In this document: positions 1 through 9,779 of the stretch, piece after piece
Layout of the letters: the number at the start of each line of letters is the position of its first letter
Position numbering within the stretch: the stretch's first letter is position 1
Origin: a virus
Taxonomy: Duplodnaviria > Caudoviricetes
Direction: 5' to 3' (one strand)
Length of the DNA stretch: 40,943 nt
Virus record (IMG/VR): IMGVR_UViG_3300049924_000109
Span: 1-40,943 of that record
The notes under the pieces: generated by a model
The model's database searches: none
The model's input: the letters and a program-made list of their open reading frames with translations, nothing else
Told to the model about the DNA's origin: nothing
Position numbers and translations under genes: made by a program

Positions 1-53
1 AACACGCAGTCTGCACCATACCCGGTGCATAACAAAGCAACTGGAGAGAAAGA

Positions 54-299
54 ATGAGTATCAAAAACATGCCAAGACTGCCGCGCCCCGCTGCGACTGG
101 AGTCCTGCATCAGCGCCGCTATATAGGCAGCGTGTACACCTCCGACCAAATCCGCGCCCGAGACATCAAGGTGTGGAATATGGCAATTGAAGCTGCGTCT
201 AAGGCGTGCATCGAAACGGGTGCGATTAAGGGGTCTAGCGATTCCACGTTTGATATGGCCGACGATTGTGCCAATGCCATCCTAAAATTGAAGGAGTAA
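54..299 (+). CDS. hypothetical phage protein
   Basis: 81-aa ORF, GGAGA RBS upstream, tightly packed with downstream genes. Confidence 0.6.
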   Translation: MSIKNMPRLPRPAATGVLHQRRYIGSVYTSDQIRARDIKVWNMAIEAASKACIETGAIKGSSDSTFDMADDCANAILKLKE

Positions 300-301
300 G
301 A

Positions 302-517
302 ATGAACGGTATTAGTAAAACCCAATATGACGCTCTTGTTTGTCATATATCTGCATGGGGGACATTGATTTGTTCCCTAAGTGTGGATATTGAATCTTTC
401 GCTTTACGTTTGGGTATTGAATCTTTCGCTTTGGTCGCATTTTTAAAAACATGCGTGGTTTTGCTGATATTACGCGCATGGTGGCTTGAAAGAAAAATGG
501 AAGGCGATAGAAAATGA
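302..517 (+). CDS. small hydrophobic hypothetical protein
   Basis: ATG at 302 after AAGGAG; contains IESFAL duplication; stop overlaps the next start (ATGA). Confidence 0.5.
   Translation: MNGISKTQYDALVCHISAWGTLICSLSVDIESFALRLGIESFALVAFLKTCVVLLILRAWWLERKMEGDRK
388..432 (+). repeat. 18-bp direct repeat x2 (TATTGAATCTTTCGCTTT), 27-bp period
   Basis: identical copies at 388-405 and 415-432; in-frame duplication. Confidence 0.9.
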
Positions 518-1566
518 ACATCGACCGCAAAGTTGTTGAGCAGGCACTGCGAACGCTGGAGCAGGCTAAAACCGCCATCGCTGATTGGGGAGAATACGCG
601 GATGAATACTATCAGAGAAAGTATGATTTGCAAGGCGACATTGATGAAATACAAGCACAAATTACCGCCCTCCGAGCCGCACTGGAAGCAGAGCAGCCTG
701 ACCGAGCCACCCGCATTGGCGCGTACGTCTTAGAAACTGCCAAGAACGCTGGCTGGAAAGATGACGGCGAAGGGGCCTACGAATACATCCAGAGGATGAG
801 CTATGCCCAAGGGGTAGAAGACGCAGGAACCGCCATAGCAGAGCAGCCAGCCGGGGAGCCGGTATGCGACAGGTGTGGCGACGTGCTTGTGAACGGGAAG
901 TTGGACGGCGCACTATGCTGTGACTGCGCTTTATCGCATGACGACCTGACAGCCGCATACATGAGCTGGATACATGATGGAAAGAAAGCCGCGATGGCAG
1001 CACAGCAGTCCGAAAAGCCGGTAGCGTGGCAAAACCCGCTGCACCTAGATCAGCTTTCAGATAAGAAAGTGCCTAACTGGCGGCCACTATACACAGCCCC
1101 ACAGACTGCCGGGGAGCCTGATCAGCGCTTCCTTGATCTTTTATGCCTCATTCATGGTGACGGCGGCCACTACATCGCTGAGCACGGACTAGACAAAGCT
1201 GCCGCTGATGCTGTAGATCGACTGGGTGAGATTTTCCTAAAAGCAAGGAGCGCGGGGCAAGCAGCCGACCATATTGTTGACGCCAACAAAATGGTACAGC
1301 CAGCCCATCAGGATGACGATATTCAGCCTGACGGCCATTTTCTAGACGACGTGTATGGAGGGAATACTGGGGAGGTGTATGTTTACGACACAAACTTTTC
1401 CAAGGGCGAAGGCTTTTACAAAAAAATACCGATTGTGCCTCTGACGGATGCGGAAATCGTAACGGTTGCCAAAACCATATTTGACTTTGATTTAGTCCCG
1501 GGTGGAAGTTTTATGCGATTCGCCCGCGCTATTGAGCTCGCCCACGGCATAGGAGGCGCGGAGTGA
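514..1566 (+). CDS. mosaic accessory protein (Ea22/nin-region-like modules)
   Basis: 350 aa; modules such as AGEP, PVAW...PLYTAP, CxxC...CCxC and C-terminal FARAIELAHGIG typical of patchwork phage accessory genes. Confidence 0.65.
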   Translation: MNIDRKVVEQALRTLEQAKTAIADWGEYADEYYQRKYDLQGDIDEIQAQITALRAALEAEQPDRATRIGAYVLETAKNAGWKDDGEGAYEYIQRMSYAQGVEDAGTAIAEQPAGEPVCDRCGDVLVNGKLDGALCCDCALSHDDLTAAYMSWIHDGKKAAMAAQQSEKPVAWQNPLHLDQLSDKKVPNWRPLYTAPQTAGEPDQRFLDLLCLIHGDGGHYIAEHGLDKAAADAVDRLGEIFLKARSAGQAADHIVDANKMVQPAHQDDDIQPDGHFLDDVYGGNTGEVYVYDTNFSKGEGFYKKIPIVPLTDAEIVTVAKTIFDFDLVPGGSFMRFARAIELAHGIGGAE

Positions 1567-1949
1567 AACCGACCCCAACCCTCGACGCAATATGCGCCCT
1601 ACTCGACCAATTCCCCGAGGGCTTGACCTTCGATGAAATAGGCGAAGAGCTAGGCATGATGACTGGCGCGGTGCAAACTTCAATCCGCCATCACATACGA
1701 AAAGGTGGCAAGCGAGTGAGAATAATGCGCTACGACCCGCCGCACACAACTGGCAATTGGTCAGCAGTTATCGGCACTTCGCCCGGGCCTAATGTCAGAC
1801 GGCCAAAAGCTAAGACACGCAAGGAACTCGGAGAAAAGCACAGGGCAAAACACAGAATGCGGATACGTGCTTACCTCCGCGTTTGGAGAGCCAAGAAAAA
1901 ACAAACTGGCACTAACACAATGAATATTTTTGCAGGGCTTATGAGATGA
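1563..1949 (+). CDS. putative HTH DNA-binding protein
   Basis: GLTFDEIGEELGM...VQTSIR HTH-like N-terminus, basic C-terminus; GTGA overlap. Confidence 0.55.
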   Translation: MKPTPTLDAICALLDQFPEGLTFDEIGEELGMMTGAVQTSIRHHIRKGGKRVRIMRYDPPHTTGNWSAVIGTSPGPNVRRPKAKTRKELGEKHRAKHRMRIRAYLRVWRAKKKQTGTNTMNIFAGLMR

Positions 1950-2290
1950 GTACCAATATCCACTTTTACGCAAAGCGCGACATTATTGTAAAACAAAACG
2001 GCAAGCCAGACGTTCAAGTAAAACTTATCGATGTTTGGCAAACCAGCACTGAAGACACGCACAAAATAATTGGCAGCGACAATCCAATTCAAGCCTATAT
2101 TGACTGGGTACTATTAAACTTTGACCGCGATTATAAAATGCCGACTTATGCTCCAAACGACCCTTTTGGCGACGGTGAACCAATAGGCGAAAAGATAATA
2201 AACGAGGGACGCGAGCACGTTGATAAATTTAAGAAGAACATAGCAGCACTTGAGTCTGACGGATGGGTAATAGTGGCGGAGGCTTGGTAA
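1946..2290 (+). CDS. hypothetical phage protein
   Basis: 114-aa ORF coupled by overlaps on both sides. Confidence 0.65.
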   Translation: MSTNIHFYAKRDIIVKQNGKPDVQVKLIDVWQTSTEDTHKIIGSDNPIQAYIDWVLLNFDRDYKMPTYAPNDPFGDGEPIGEKIINEGREHVDKFKKNIAALESDGWVIVAEAW

Positions 2291-2697
2291 TGAGTAACTT
2301 TACACGCCTAATATCTAAGCTAAATGAGATAGCTGAAACCTTAGACGATGAATCATCGAAGGTTATAAAGTGGGCCGCGCTAACTATTATCGAACAAAAT
2401 GATGCACTGGAAGATACTCGCGCCGAACTGGCCGATGAAGAATCAGAGCGGCTTAGGCTTGAAAATGCGCTATATGAAGCTCAGCAGGCAATTGAGACTG
2501 CCTTGAGTGCAGTGACTTACGTGCAAAATAAGCCTGTGGAGTTTTCCAAAGATATGTCAGGCCATATCAATCTAATGGCTGGGCATGGAGACCCTGACTA
2601 CCTTACAAAAGGCGGAAACAGTATCAGGCACGTTGACCTACGCGAAAAGAAGCCGCGAAAATCTAAATCAGCTCAACCTCTGCCGCCCGTCGCCTAG
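2290..2697 (+). CDS. hypothetical coiled-coil protein
   Basis: ATG at 2290 overlaps upstream TAA; acidic heptad region. Confidence 0.6.
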   Translation: MSNFTRLISKLNEIAETLDDESSKVIKWAALTIIEQNDALEDTRAELADEESERLRLENALYEAQQAIETALSAVTYVQNKPVEFSKDMSGHINLMAGHGDPDYLTKGGNSIRHVDLREKKPRKSKSAQPLPPVA

Positions 2698-3103
2698 TAA
2701 GGCCGCGCAAGACCAGCCCGCCTGCTTTATTCCAGCGCATAAACTGCGAAGGAACATCGGCCCACTGGCCAGCATTGACCCTACGGCGCAGCGTGCTGGA
2801 ATTGAGGTTGCCAAGCCCCAGATTGAAGGCAAAATCACACAATGCAGCGATGCGTCCCGGAGTATCGGCGCCGGGGCATAGCTTGATTGTCTGCGGCATA
2901 AAGTGGCGCGTAATGTGCCAGCGTAGCAGCGTCTCGGCGCGCTCTTTCGTAATCGGCGCATCGGCCAGTGTGACGCGGGCGCCGTCCTCGTAAAATGTAG
3001 CCCCGTAGCCTATTGTGGGCACCCCTGCGCTGCAAAGGTATGGCGTGAGATACAGCCCTTCAAACTTTCTGCAAAGCGCCATCACCAGTGACACGGCGTC
3101 CAT
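2663..3103 (-). CDS. endolysin, GH24 lysozyme
   Basis: FEGL-x-PYLCSAGVPTIGYG catalytic motif, FAFNLG, RWNKAGG..LRGLTRRRAAE. Confidence 0.93.
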   Translation of the reverse strand: MDAVSLVMALCRKFEGLYLTPYLCSAGVPTIGYGATFYEDGARVTLADAPITKERAETLLRWHITRHFMPQTIKLCPGADTPGRIAALCDFAFNLGLGNLNSSTLRRRVNAGQWADVPSQFMRWNKAGGLVLRGLTRRRAAEVELI

Positions 3104-3573
3104 TACTTGCCCTTTTTGCCCAGTGCTCTATCTGCCACAAATAGACCAAGGAAAGCGAAGCACACCGCCTGAGTGCCTTCGCTCAATGGCTGCGAGAGCA
3201 AGCCGAATTCGTTGGCACTCAGCATCATGATGGCCCACGTAGCACCGCCCGGGCGAATAACGGCATTCCAAGCATCAACCCACGCCACACCTACGCTTCG
3301 CCCGGTGGACTTGACGGCCTCTAGCCAGCCCTCGGCCTCAATAGCATCTACAGCCGCCTCCGCTTGCGCCTGAACTACCTTGACGCCAAGCTCGGCCTGT
3401 AGCCTGATGGCTTCCTGTTGCCGCGCATGTTGCGCCGCCTCTAGCTCCGCCTGTAGGCGCATTCGCTCAATTTCAAATTGGTGGTTTTGCTTTTCAGTCA
3501 GCCAAGTGGACACCTCGCCCCATATCATGCGAAAAGCAGAGCCACCTAAGAATGAGAAAATCGCAGAAAGCAT
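3103..3573 (-). CDS. membrane protein, putative holin
   Basis: hydrophobic segments, WNAVIRP motif, basic C-terminus; coupled to the lysozyme. Confidence 0.55.
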   Translation of the reverse strand: MLSAIFSFLGGSAFRMIWGEVSTWLTEKQNHQFEIERMRLQAELEAAQHARQQEAIRLQAELGVKVVQAQAEAAVDAIEAEGWLEAVKSTGRSVGVAWVDAWNAVIRPGGATWAIMMLSANEFGLLSQPLSEGTQAVCFAFLGLFVADRALGKKGK

Positions 3574-3691
3574 TACACCCCCATTATTTGAAACTGAACA
3601 TGTTCACGCACAGAATCCGCTGCCGCCCGGGTTAGCCAGCAAGCTACTCCCAAAGCCAAAGCGCAAACCAGCGCCACCACACATACCCACT

Positions 3692-4063
3692 TCATAAACG
3701 CAACTCCGTCCCGGTTCCTCTTACGTGGTCGTCAATATCTTTCGGAATAGCTATCCCGTGAGATATTAGCAGGCCGTGCATTTTTGAGAGCATCATATCC
3801 ATCACCACCAAGCGCCGTTGCATTTGTATTAACAAGTCGTTTGCCTCTTTTAATGCCTCGGCCATGCGCGAATGCTCTTCTTGCATCCGCTTCATTTGCT
3901 CTTGTACCTGCTCGAATATGTCACTTTGCGCTGATATTGCCTTAATATCAACACCGGCTGCAATATATTGAGCAAGCCACTTCCTCAAGGCAATAGCCAT
4001 GGCACCGCCGCCTAGTATCAGGCCGCCTGCGGCTTTAATCCAGTCCGGCACCTGATCTATCAT
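3692..4063 (-). CDS. membrane-anchored coiled-coil protein (lysis cassette)
   Basis: N-terminal TM helix followed by coiled coil. Confidence 0.55.
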   Translation of the reverse strand: MIDQVPDWIKAAGGLILGGGAMAIALRKWLAQYIAAGVDIKAISAQSDIFEQVQEQMKRMQEEHSRMAEALKEANDLLIQMQRRLVVMDMMLSKMHGLLISHGIAIPKDIDDHVRGTGTELRL

Positions 4064-4473
4064 TTATTGCTCCGTGTCGCTAGGGCTTGGCCAAGTGCCC
4101 ATATTTCAAAAGCTGCGGGCACCGCGTAAAGAATTGCCAAACCGCTGGGAGCCTCGCGCAGAATCGTCCCGGATGCAAACACGCTAGACCATAGCGCCAT
4201 GCCAACGATTGAAATAAAACACCGCCACCGGCCAAAATCGAAACTAAGGCTAGTTAAGAATCTTGCGAATGCGTACACAAAGAAAGCCGCGCCCCATGCC
4301 CACATAGGCATAACAAACTCAAGCGCAAGCAGGTACAAACTGACGTTGCCAAGGTGGTCAAGAACCACCCGCATAAAAGTCACGCCCGCAAAGAACGCAG
4401 CCCATGCGGCTACAAACTCAGTAGCGCGTAGGTCAGCCAGCAGCAAACTGATGACGCGCTGTTGTAGCTTCAT
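4060..4473 (-). CDS. multi-pass membrane protein
   Basis: about four hydrophobic segments; overlaps neighbouring genes. Confidence 0.65.
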   Translation of the reverse strand: MKLQQRVISLLLADLRATEFVAAWAAFFAGVTFMRVVLDHLGNVSLYLLALEFVMPMWAWGAAFFVYAFARFLTSLSFDFGRWRCFISIVGMALWSSVFASGTILREAPSGLAILYAVPAAFEIWALGQALATRSNK

Positions 4474-4934
4474 TGCAGCACCTCCAGCGTCTTACAGATA
4501 GCCGCAAATTGCGCGGGGCCGAATATCTCTGGGCTACTCAAGCCCACCGCCGCCCCTACCGCCTGATTGCAAAAAAAGCGCCCGTCGACGCTCCACTGAA
4601 TCGGGAAGGCGCTTGCAAAAGCCCCTCGCGTGTCATACCCAGACCCATCGTGTCGAGCAAACCAGTCCGCCGACCGAAGTGCGCAAAACTGTGGCACATT
4701 CATGATGATCCAGTTGCCGGCTGTCAGCCTCACGTTGCGCTTTACCCTTACGCCGCCGTCCCGTAATGACGAGCTGCCTATGTCCACCGTACCGTCAGGG
4801 TGCTCGACCAGAATCGCCTCGCAGTGCGTGACGTGTGCAAACTCTCCCTTTTGCACCAGCCGCGTAAGCGCCCAGCCAGCGCGCACCAGGGGCGTGTCTT
4901 TGTCGTGGTTGCCGATATAGTGGGCGATTTTCAT
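4470..4934 (-). CDS. permuted papain-like (NlpC/P60, YiiX-like) protein
   Basis: THCE...GYD...FFCNQAV: His-before-Cys order of permuted NlpC/P60 enzymes. Confidence 0.65.
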   Translation of the reverse strand: MKIAHYIGNHDKDTPLVRAGWALTRLVQKGEFAHVTHCEAILVEHPDGTVDIGSSSLRDGGVRVKRNVRLTAGNWIIMNVPQFCALRSADWFARHDGSGYDTRGAFASAFPIQWSVDGRFFCNQAVGAAVGLSSPEIFGPAQFAAICKTLEVLQ

Positions 4935-5281
4935 AGTGCAGCCGCTGCAATAAACAGGTCATCTAGCTGAGCATCAGTCAAGCCCAAAGCGCCGCCCAGT
5001 TGAATCACGAATGCGCGATTGCGATGCACTTCGCCGCTGTATTCCCACTCAATCAACGCCGCGCTGCGCTGTGGCTCAGGCAATGAGTCAATCGCCGCAT
5101 CAACTGAACTAAGTAGCCCAGCACCAAGCAAGGCAAGCCTAGCCTGTCGCATAGTCACGGACTGTGGAATTTGCGCGGCTCTTTGAGCGGCTTCGATTTC
5201 TTCAGGCGTTGCCTCGCGGTCGCCCTCAATCATGTCGCCGTAATATATGCCGCCGTGTGTTTCGCTTATATAGTAAATCAT
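4931..5281 (-). CDS. tail fiber assembly/chaperone-like protein
   Basis: SVTMRQARLALL...LGLTDAQLDDLFIAA motif; directly after the tail fiber, ATGA overlap. Confidence 0.7.
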   Translation of the reverse strand: MIYYISETHGGIYYGDMIEGDREATPEEIEAAQRAAQIPQSVTMRQARLALLGAGLLSSVDAAIDSLPEPQRSAALIEWEYSGEVHRNRAFVIQLGGALGLTDAQLDDLFIAAAAL

Positions 5282-6870
5282 AGCCATGCCCTCGCTACCC
5301 AACGCCAGTTTGCCGCCGTAATACTAACCAATGCAGTCGTTGATTTATTTGTCACCCTGATTGTTCCTTGAGTTGATACTGTAATGTTTGTTGCATCAAA
5401 AGACAATGAAAGTGCATATATTCCTGATGCGTCAATAGATGCAAACAAAATCTCATCTCCAACCGCATAGCCGCCCTCGGCAACTGCACACTTAAGAGCC
5501 AAATTGACAATCGAAGGCCGCACACCTAAGCCGTGAGCAAGATTTAACACGGCATTAAATGTCACTGTTTGGTCTGCGCTTACATAGCGCGGCGCGAATC
5601 TTGGCCCGCTCGTTGCGTTGCCGCCAGCGCCCTGAACTAAGGACGGTTGCACAGTCCAGCTTCCTGCGGCGGGCTGTGTGCTGCGAAGCACTCCCAAAAC
5701 CCTATAAGGCACAGCCGTACGGGCCGTGTTACTATAGATGACGTCGGCACTGTCAGCAGCTCCACCTCCGCCCTCTGCGACAGTATTAATAAGGTTTGTT
5801 TCAGATAGGTCAGGCCCACCTGCCATATTACGAACGGCCAGCTCAATCGTGCCAGCGTTATCAATAGCCAGCACTGCCAAATCAGCAGTCACGCCGTTGA
5901 CTGTGCCTAGCGTAGAACCAAGGCTTATAGTAAGTGGAGCAGGCGTCCCATATCTGCGGTTTACAGTGCCACTATTTAGAGCAGAGCTGCGAAAATCAAG
6001 CTGAAGCGGATTATTTGCGCTAATAGTCAGCGTGCTAAAGCCGCCATTAATTGCGGCGTTAATTGGCTGGATTTGCGACTGGTACAAAGGGTCGTAGAAT
6101 GTACTCACGCGCCAGTAAGAAAGCACCTCGACAGTGTTTGCAGCCGTGGCCCGGATGATGCAGCTATCGCCTGCCAGCCTGGAGATGTTTTGTCCGGTGT
6201 TAGTTACGATGTTCGCGTTGTTTGTGATCGTGCCAGAAGATGCAAAAGTTACAAAGTATGTTTGCCCAGCCGCGACGGTAAAGGCGTTGATCGTAGTTAG
6301 GCCCGTTATACGAATATGCCGGGTATTCGGCGCCAGCGTGGTAAGGTCAACTGTCGAGGCCGACGCTACGTCGATGCGAGTGGTGTTTAGGAGGTCTCTT
6401 GCCACCGCATCCCACGCAGTGCCGTTATAGCCTTCCCATGCGCTTAAACTGGAGTTGTAGCGAAGGTATCCAGCGGCGGGCGATGCGTCACGCTGTGCCG
6501 TAGTGCCTACAGGGACAATCGCGGAGCCGGTTGCCGATGTGCGTGACACCTGCGTCGTGGTTGATCCAACAATTGGATTGCTGAAGGTTTTATTGCCCCC
6601 GATAGTTTGATCGCCGGTAGTCAGCACCGAGCCATTTTGCGCGAGCGACTTTACCGCGGCACCGGTTGCGCTTTTATCTGTAGTGCCCTGCCGAACTAAA
6701 AGCAGGTCAGTATCGGTCAGTGATGCGGCCGGTGCGAGCTGCCCTAGATTTACCTTCGGTGCTGCCAGCTTTGATGTGATCGTGGCCTCGTTATTCGCCA
6801 GCGATAGCAGCGCCGCTTGTTTGTTTACAAGCTCAATAACCTGCGCTTCTTGTGTGGGGGTTAATGCCAT
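5278..6870 (-). CDS. tail fiber protein
   Basis: 530 aa, Ala/Thr/Gly-rich; GDQTIGGNKTFS and PVGTTAQR...GYLRYN..WEGYNG fiber motifs; follows the baseplate genes. Confidence 0.85.
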   Translation of the reverse strand: MALTPTQEAQVIELVNKQAALLSLANNEATITSKLAAPKVNLGQLAPAASLTDTDLLLVRQGTTDKSATGAAVKSLAQNGSVLTTGDQTIGGNKTFSNPIVGSTTTQVSRTSATGSAIVPVGTTAQRDASPAAGYLRYNSSLSAWEGYNGTAWDAVARDLLNTTRIDVASASTVDLTTLAPNTRHIRITGLTTINAFTVAAGQTYFVTFASSGTITNNANIVTNTGQNISRLAGDSCIIRATAANTVEVLSYWRVSTFYDPLYQSQIQPINAAINGGFSTLTISANNPLQLDFRSSALNSGTVNRRYGTPAPLTISLGSTLGTVNGVTADLAVLAIDNAGTIELAVRNMAGGPDLSETNLINTVAEGGGGAADSADVIYSNTARTAVPYRVLGVLRSTQPAAGSWTVQPSLVQGAGGNATSGPRFAPRYVSADQTVTFNAVLNLAHGLGVRPSIVNLALKCAVAEGGYAVGDEILFASIDASGIYALSLSFDATNITVSTQGTIRVTNKSTTALVSITAANWRWVARAWL

Positions 6871-7308
6871 TTATAGTTCTCCAAATTGCCTAGAGTATCC
6901 AACAATCTTTACGTTTGAGCCACCGATAACGGGTTGATTCCCGCCCGATGTTCCTGTTCCTAGTGTAAGCGTAGCACTTGAAACTACTTTCAAGCTAGGC
7001 GCGCTGCCTGCTGATTTATAGCCTATAGCAACCAAAAATTTATTAGGGTCAGCAATGTCAAAAGCCTCAAGTCTGATCATTGCGTCGTTAATCGGGAATA
7101 GTCCAACGCCCGCCGCATCGGTAACTATATCCCGGTTAATGTGCCGGAAAATCTTGTTGAATAGCCAGTTAAGCCACTGAGCCGGGAGCGGCTGCCCCCT
7201 ATTTGTGGAAGTGGCAGGGACAAAGCCGGTAGATATTACAGAATCAGGCGGCTGCCCGATGTTTAACTGGCCGTCAGAATATGATATTACACTATCAGAA
7301 AAATTCAT
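6871..7308 (-). CDS. baseplate/tail-fiber attachment protein
   Basis: GQPLPAQWLNWLFN motif seen at fiber N-termini; synteny. Confidence 0.6.
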   Translation of the reverse strand: MNFSDSVISYSDGQLNIGQPPDSVISTGFVPATSTNRGQPLPAQWLNWLFNKIFRHINRDIVTDAAGVGLFPINDAMIRLEAFDIADPNKFLVAIGYKSAGSAPSLKVVSSATLTLGTGTSGGNQPVIGGSNVKIVGYSRQFGEL

Positions 7309-8030
7309 TGAAATACGCCCGTTAAATGATGGCCAGAGTCTAGCAAAATATCATGATTCGGCGAGTTAACAACTAAGATTGACCCGTCCGACAACTCAAT
7401 CAATGAATCATTGGCACTAATATCGGCCGGGACTAGGCCACCAAGCGTAGCGCCGTTTACTGTGTTTTGACCAGTGCTTAATTGTAAGTCCGAACCATCA
7501 GCGGTCAAATACTGATCATTGACAAATAGCTCAGACGGCAAGCCTTCACGCCCGAATCTAAACGGCTTTTCAGTGTAAGACACCATCACTGGGATGGTGC
7601 TGATAGCAGCCGGGGCTATGTCTTGAATCTGCGCTTGTATGTCTTTAGGTGGATTAGGTCCATCAGAAAACACCAATACCGTCGCCGGATAAACCTCCAG
7701 ATACTGCCGATCATCACCGCCAATAAGGTAGCTAATGGCTTCTTGAATATCTGCGGGCGTGCCTGTGGAAACGTTGACAAATACCCTAAACTTTATCGCG
7801 GCGCGGTATTCATCATCGCCGCGGCCTTTGCGTGTCTCACCTACGATAGAGCCGCATCCGTCTAGCTGCGCGCCAATGGCAGTGTCAATCCATCGTTGAG
7901 TTTTCAGTGCATCAAGATCAGCAAGAACATCATCAAGCGGGCCAACAATGGCTTCCATCATAGCCTTTAATTTAGGCTTATCTTGAAATTGCCCGGCCAG
8001 TCTGCTGATGGCCTCTTGAGTCAAACTCAT
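7305..8030 (-). CDS. baseplate wedge subunit (DUF2612-like)
   Basis: IDTAIGAQLDGCGSIVG...DDEYR motif; follows baseplate J. Confidence 0.8.
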   Translation of the reverse strand: MSLTQEAISRLAGQFQDKPKLKAMMEAIVGPLDDVLADLDALKTQRWIDTAIGAQLDGCGSIVGETRKGRGDDEYRAAIKFRVFVNVSTGTPADIQEAISYLIGGDDRQYLEVYPATVLVFSDGPNPPKDIQAQIQDIAPAAISTIPVMVSYTEKPFRFGREGLPSELFVNDQYLTADGSDLQLSTGQNTVNGATLGGLVPADISANDSLIELSDGSILVVNSPNHDILLDSGHHLTGVFQ

Positions 8031-9442
8031 ACGACAGTAATCCGCGAAATATCAAACTCGGCAATTCCTGCACGTGGAATTGCTATGTTGTTTGTTGAGT
8101 ATGAAGGCGTGTCGCCCGGGCTTGCAGTTACTGCAATTTCAACAGTGATTCTGCCGATTCCAGTGGTTGCACTGTATATAGGCCCGTAAAATCTTTGAGC
8201 AATAATATCTTCGCCGACTGCAATTGTTTTCCCATAGGCCAGCACCGCATCTTTTATTGCCGCTTCAGTAGTTGCCGGGAAAGTCTCTTCAGGGTATAGC
8301 AGGTCAATGGAAACCCTCACCCACGCATATTGAGTCACCGGCCTAGAAAACTTTACAGTCTGCACGTCGCCGTTTTCATCAGTGACAGTGCCAACAACTA
8401 GTCCGTAAGTTTCAATCCCTGCCGGTTTCAGCTCGAATATCTTTTCGCGTACCGCTTGGTCAGCGCCGCCAACAATGACGCACTCTATCGAGTGTGGCGG
8501 CATATTGTCAACGATGTTTTGAGTCCGGTTTTCATAAACGAATGCCGATGTAATCTCCGGCACTTCAGATATGAGCCGCGCCTTGATAGCCTTGACCGTG
8601 GCACTGCCTGATGCGCGCACGCCAGTCGCATGACGTGCCCTTAAGTCTGCGTCACTTTCAACATCACGGCCAATCGTACCTGCTGCCAAATTTGAGATAG
8701 AGTCCCAGCCAGCAACTGGAGTATCAATAGTGGTCAAACTGCCAGCAGGGCAAGCAATAGCGCCAAGCTCCACGGACGTAAACGTGATCGGGCTTGATAG
8801 CTTAGTTATCGTCAGCGTCGCATCAACTGTCAGCGTAAAACTACTGGCAAGGTCTTTTGAATATAGCCGGATTTTTGAATCAGTTGGAATTGCTGAGAAT
8901 TTGTCAGCGTTAAACCCGGCGGCTAAACCGGCAGCAATTTCAGCAGCCGTTGCCGTTGCGTCGCTTATGTATGAAACCAGCACTCCGCCTGCAATAATTT
9001 GATAGGCGGTTGAATTTAGAACGGTAGCTACTTCAATTTCAACGTCAAGCGCGTTAGCCCTACTGATAACAACATCAGCGCCTGATGCAAATTGATTGGT
9101 GCCTGATCTAGCCAGTGCCCCGGCCTGTATAAACGTGCCCTCGGTGCCGTATGCGGCAGCTACGGCAGTCGTAGCCGTAGCCCCTAGACGCTCAAGCCCC
9201 ACAAAAGATACCGCGCCGTCAAGTGACACACCTTCGGCGCTGGCCGGGTACATTGAGTCATAAATATCTTGTAGGCTTTCCTGAATATCATCAAGTGCCG
9301 CTGAAAATATGCCAATAACCTGCCCTGTAACTGAATCAGGCAAAGTATTGACAGGGCCAAGTGCGTCAATAAACCGCTGATCGTAAAGCGCCTTTATTTC
9401 TGCCAGCCGAAGCCGCGAGAATCCTGTTGTATTAAGCGGCAT
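8027..9442 (-). CDS. baseplate J-like wedge protein
   Basis: AEGVSLD, GRDVESDADLRAR, PPHSIECVIVGG, KPAGIETYG motifs. Confidence 0.92.
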   Translation of the reverse strand: MPLNTTGFSRLRLAEIKALYDQRFIDALGPVNTLPDSVTGQVIGIFSAALDDIQESLQDIYDSMYPASAEGVSLDGAVSFVGLERLGATATTAVAAAYGTEGTFIQAGALARSGTNQFASGADVVISRANALDVEIEVATVLNSTAYQIIAGGVLVSYISDATATAAEIAAGLAAGFNADKFSAIPTDSKIRLYSKDLASSFTLTVDATLTITKLSSPITFTSVELGAIACPAGSLTTIDTPVAGWDSISNLAAGTIGRDVESDADLRARHATGVRASGSATVKAIKARLISEVPEITSAFVYENRTQNIVDNMPPHSIECVIVGGADQAVREKIFELKPAGIETYGLVVGTVTDENGDVQTVKFSRPVTQYAWVRVSIDLLYPEETFPATTEAAIKDAVLAYGKTIAVGEDIIAQRFYGPIYSATTGIGRITVEIAVTASPGDTPSYSTNNIAIPRAGIAEFDISRITVV

Positions 9443-9779
9443 ATGTCACCAGTCCGTAAGGCGTAGTCACGTCAAAATCAACAGATAATGAGCGTGATGC
9501 ACGGTTGAAATTGTACTCAAAGCGGGTTATTGTTTGAACACCGTCAACCTCAAGAATCGACTTTTTGAGCGCAGCCACCGCACCGCCTAGGCTCAATTGC
9601 TTGCCCAGAATGTCGCTCAAATATGGCGTTCCAAATTCGGTATCCAGAAACCACTCACCTGCCCACAATCTAAGCTTTATTTGTAGATGTTGACGGACGC
9701 GCTCGGCGCCGTCAATCATCACTAGATCATTGTTGACGATGGCTAAGTCTCCAGAATCATCGAGGGCAAAATCTATCAT
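9432..9779 (-). CDS. baseplate wedge / sheath initiator (gp25/W-like)
   Basis: LWAGEWFLDTEFGTPY...TTPYG motif, between spike and J. Confidence 0.8.
   Translation of the reverse strand: MIDFALDDSGDLAIVNNDLVMIDGAERVRQHLQIKLRLWAGEWFLDTEFGTPYLSDILGKQLSLGGAVAALKKSILEVDGVQTITRFEYNFNRASRSLSVDFDVTTPYGLVTYAA

Noticed and set aside
388-432. Direct repeats as a mini CRISPR array
   Set aside because: Only two 18-bp copies with a 9-nt spacer, in frame within a CDS; no cas genes
3574-3695. Small gene or stop read-through in the gap (MKWVC... or YVVALVCALALGVACW frames)
   Set aside because: No single frame gives a clean start, RBS and stop; lipobox is non-canonical; possibly a decayed gene
5278-6870. Diversity-generating retroelement or invertible tail-fiber cassette
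   Set aside because: No reverse transcriptase, invertase or template/variable repeat pair seen in the window
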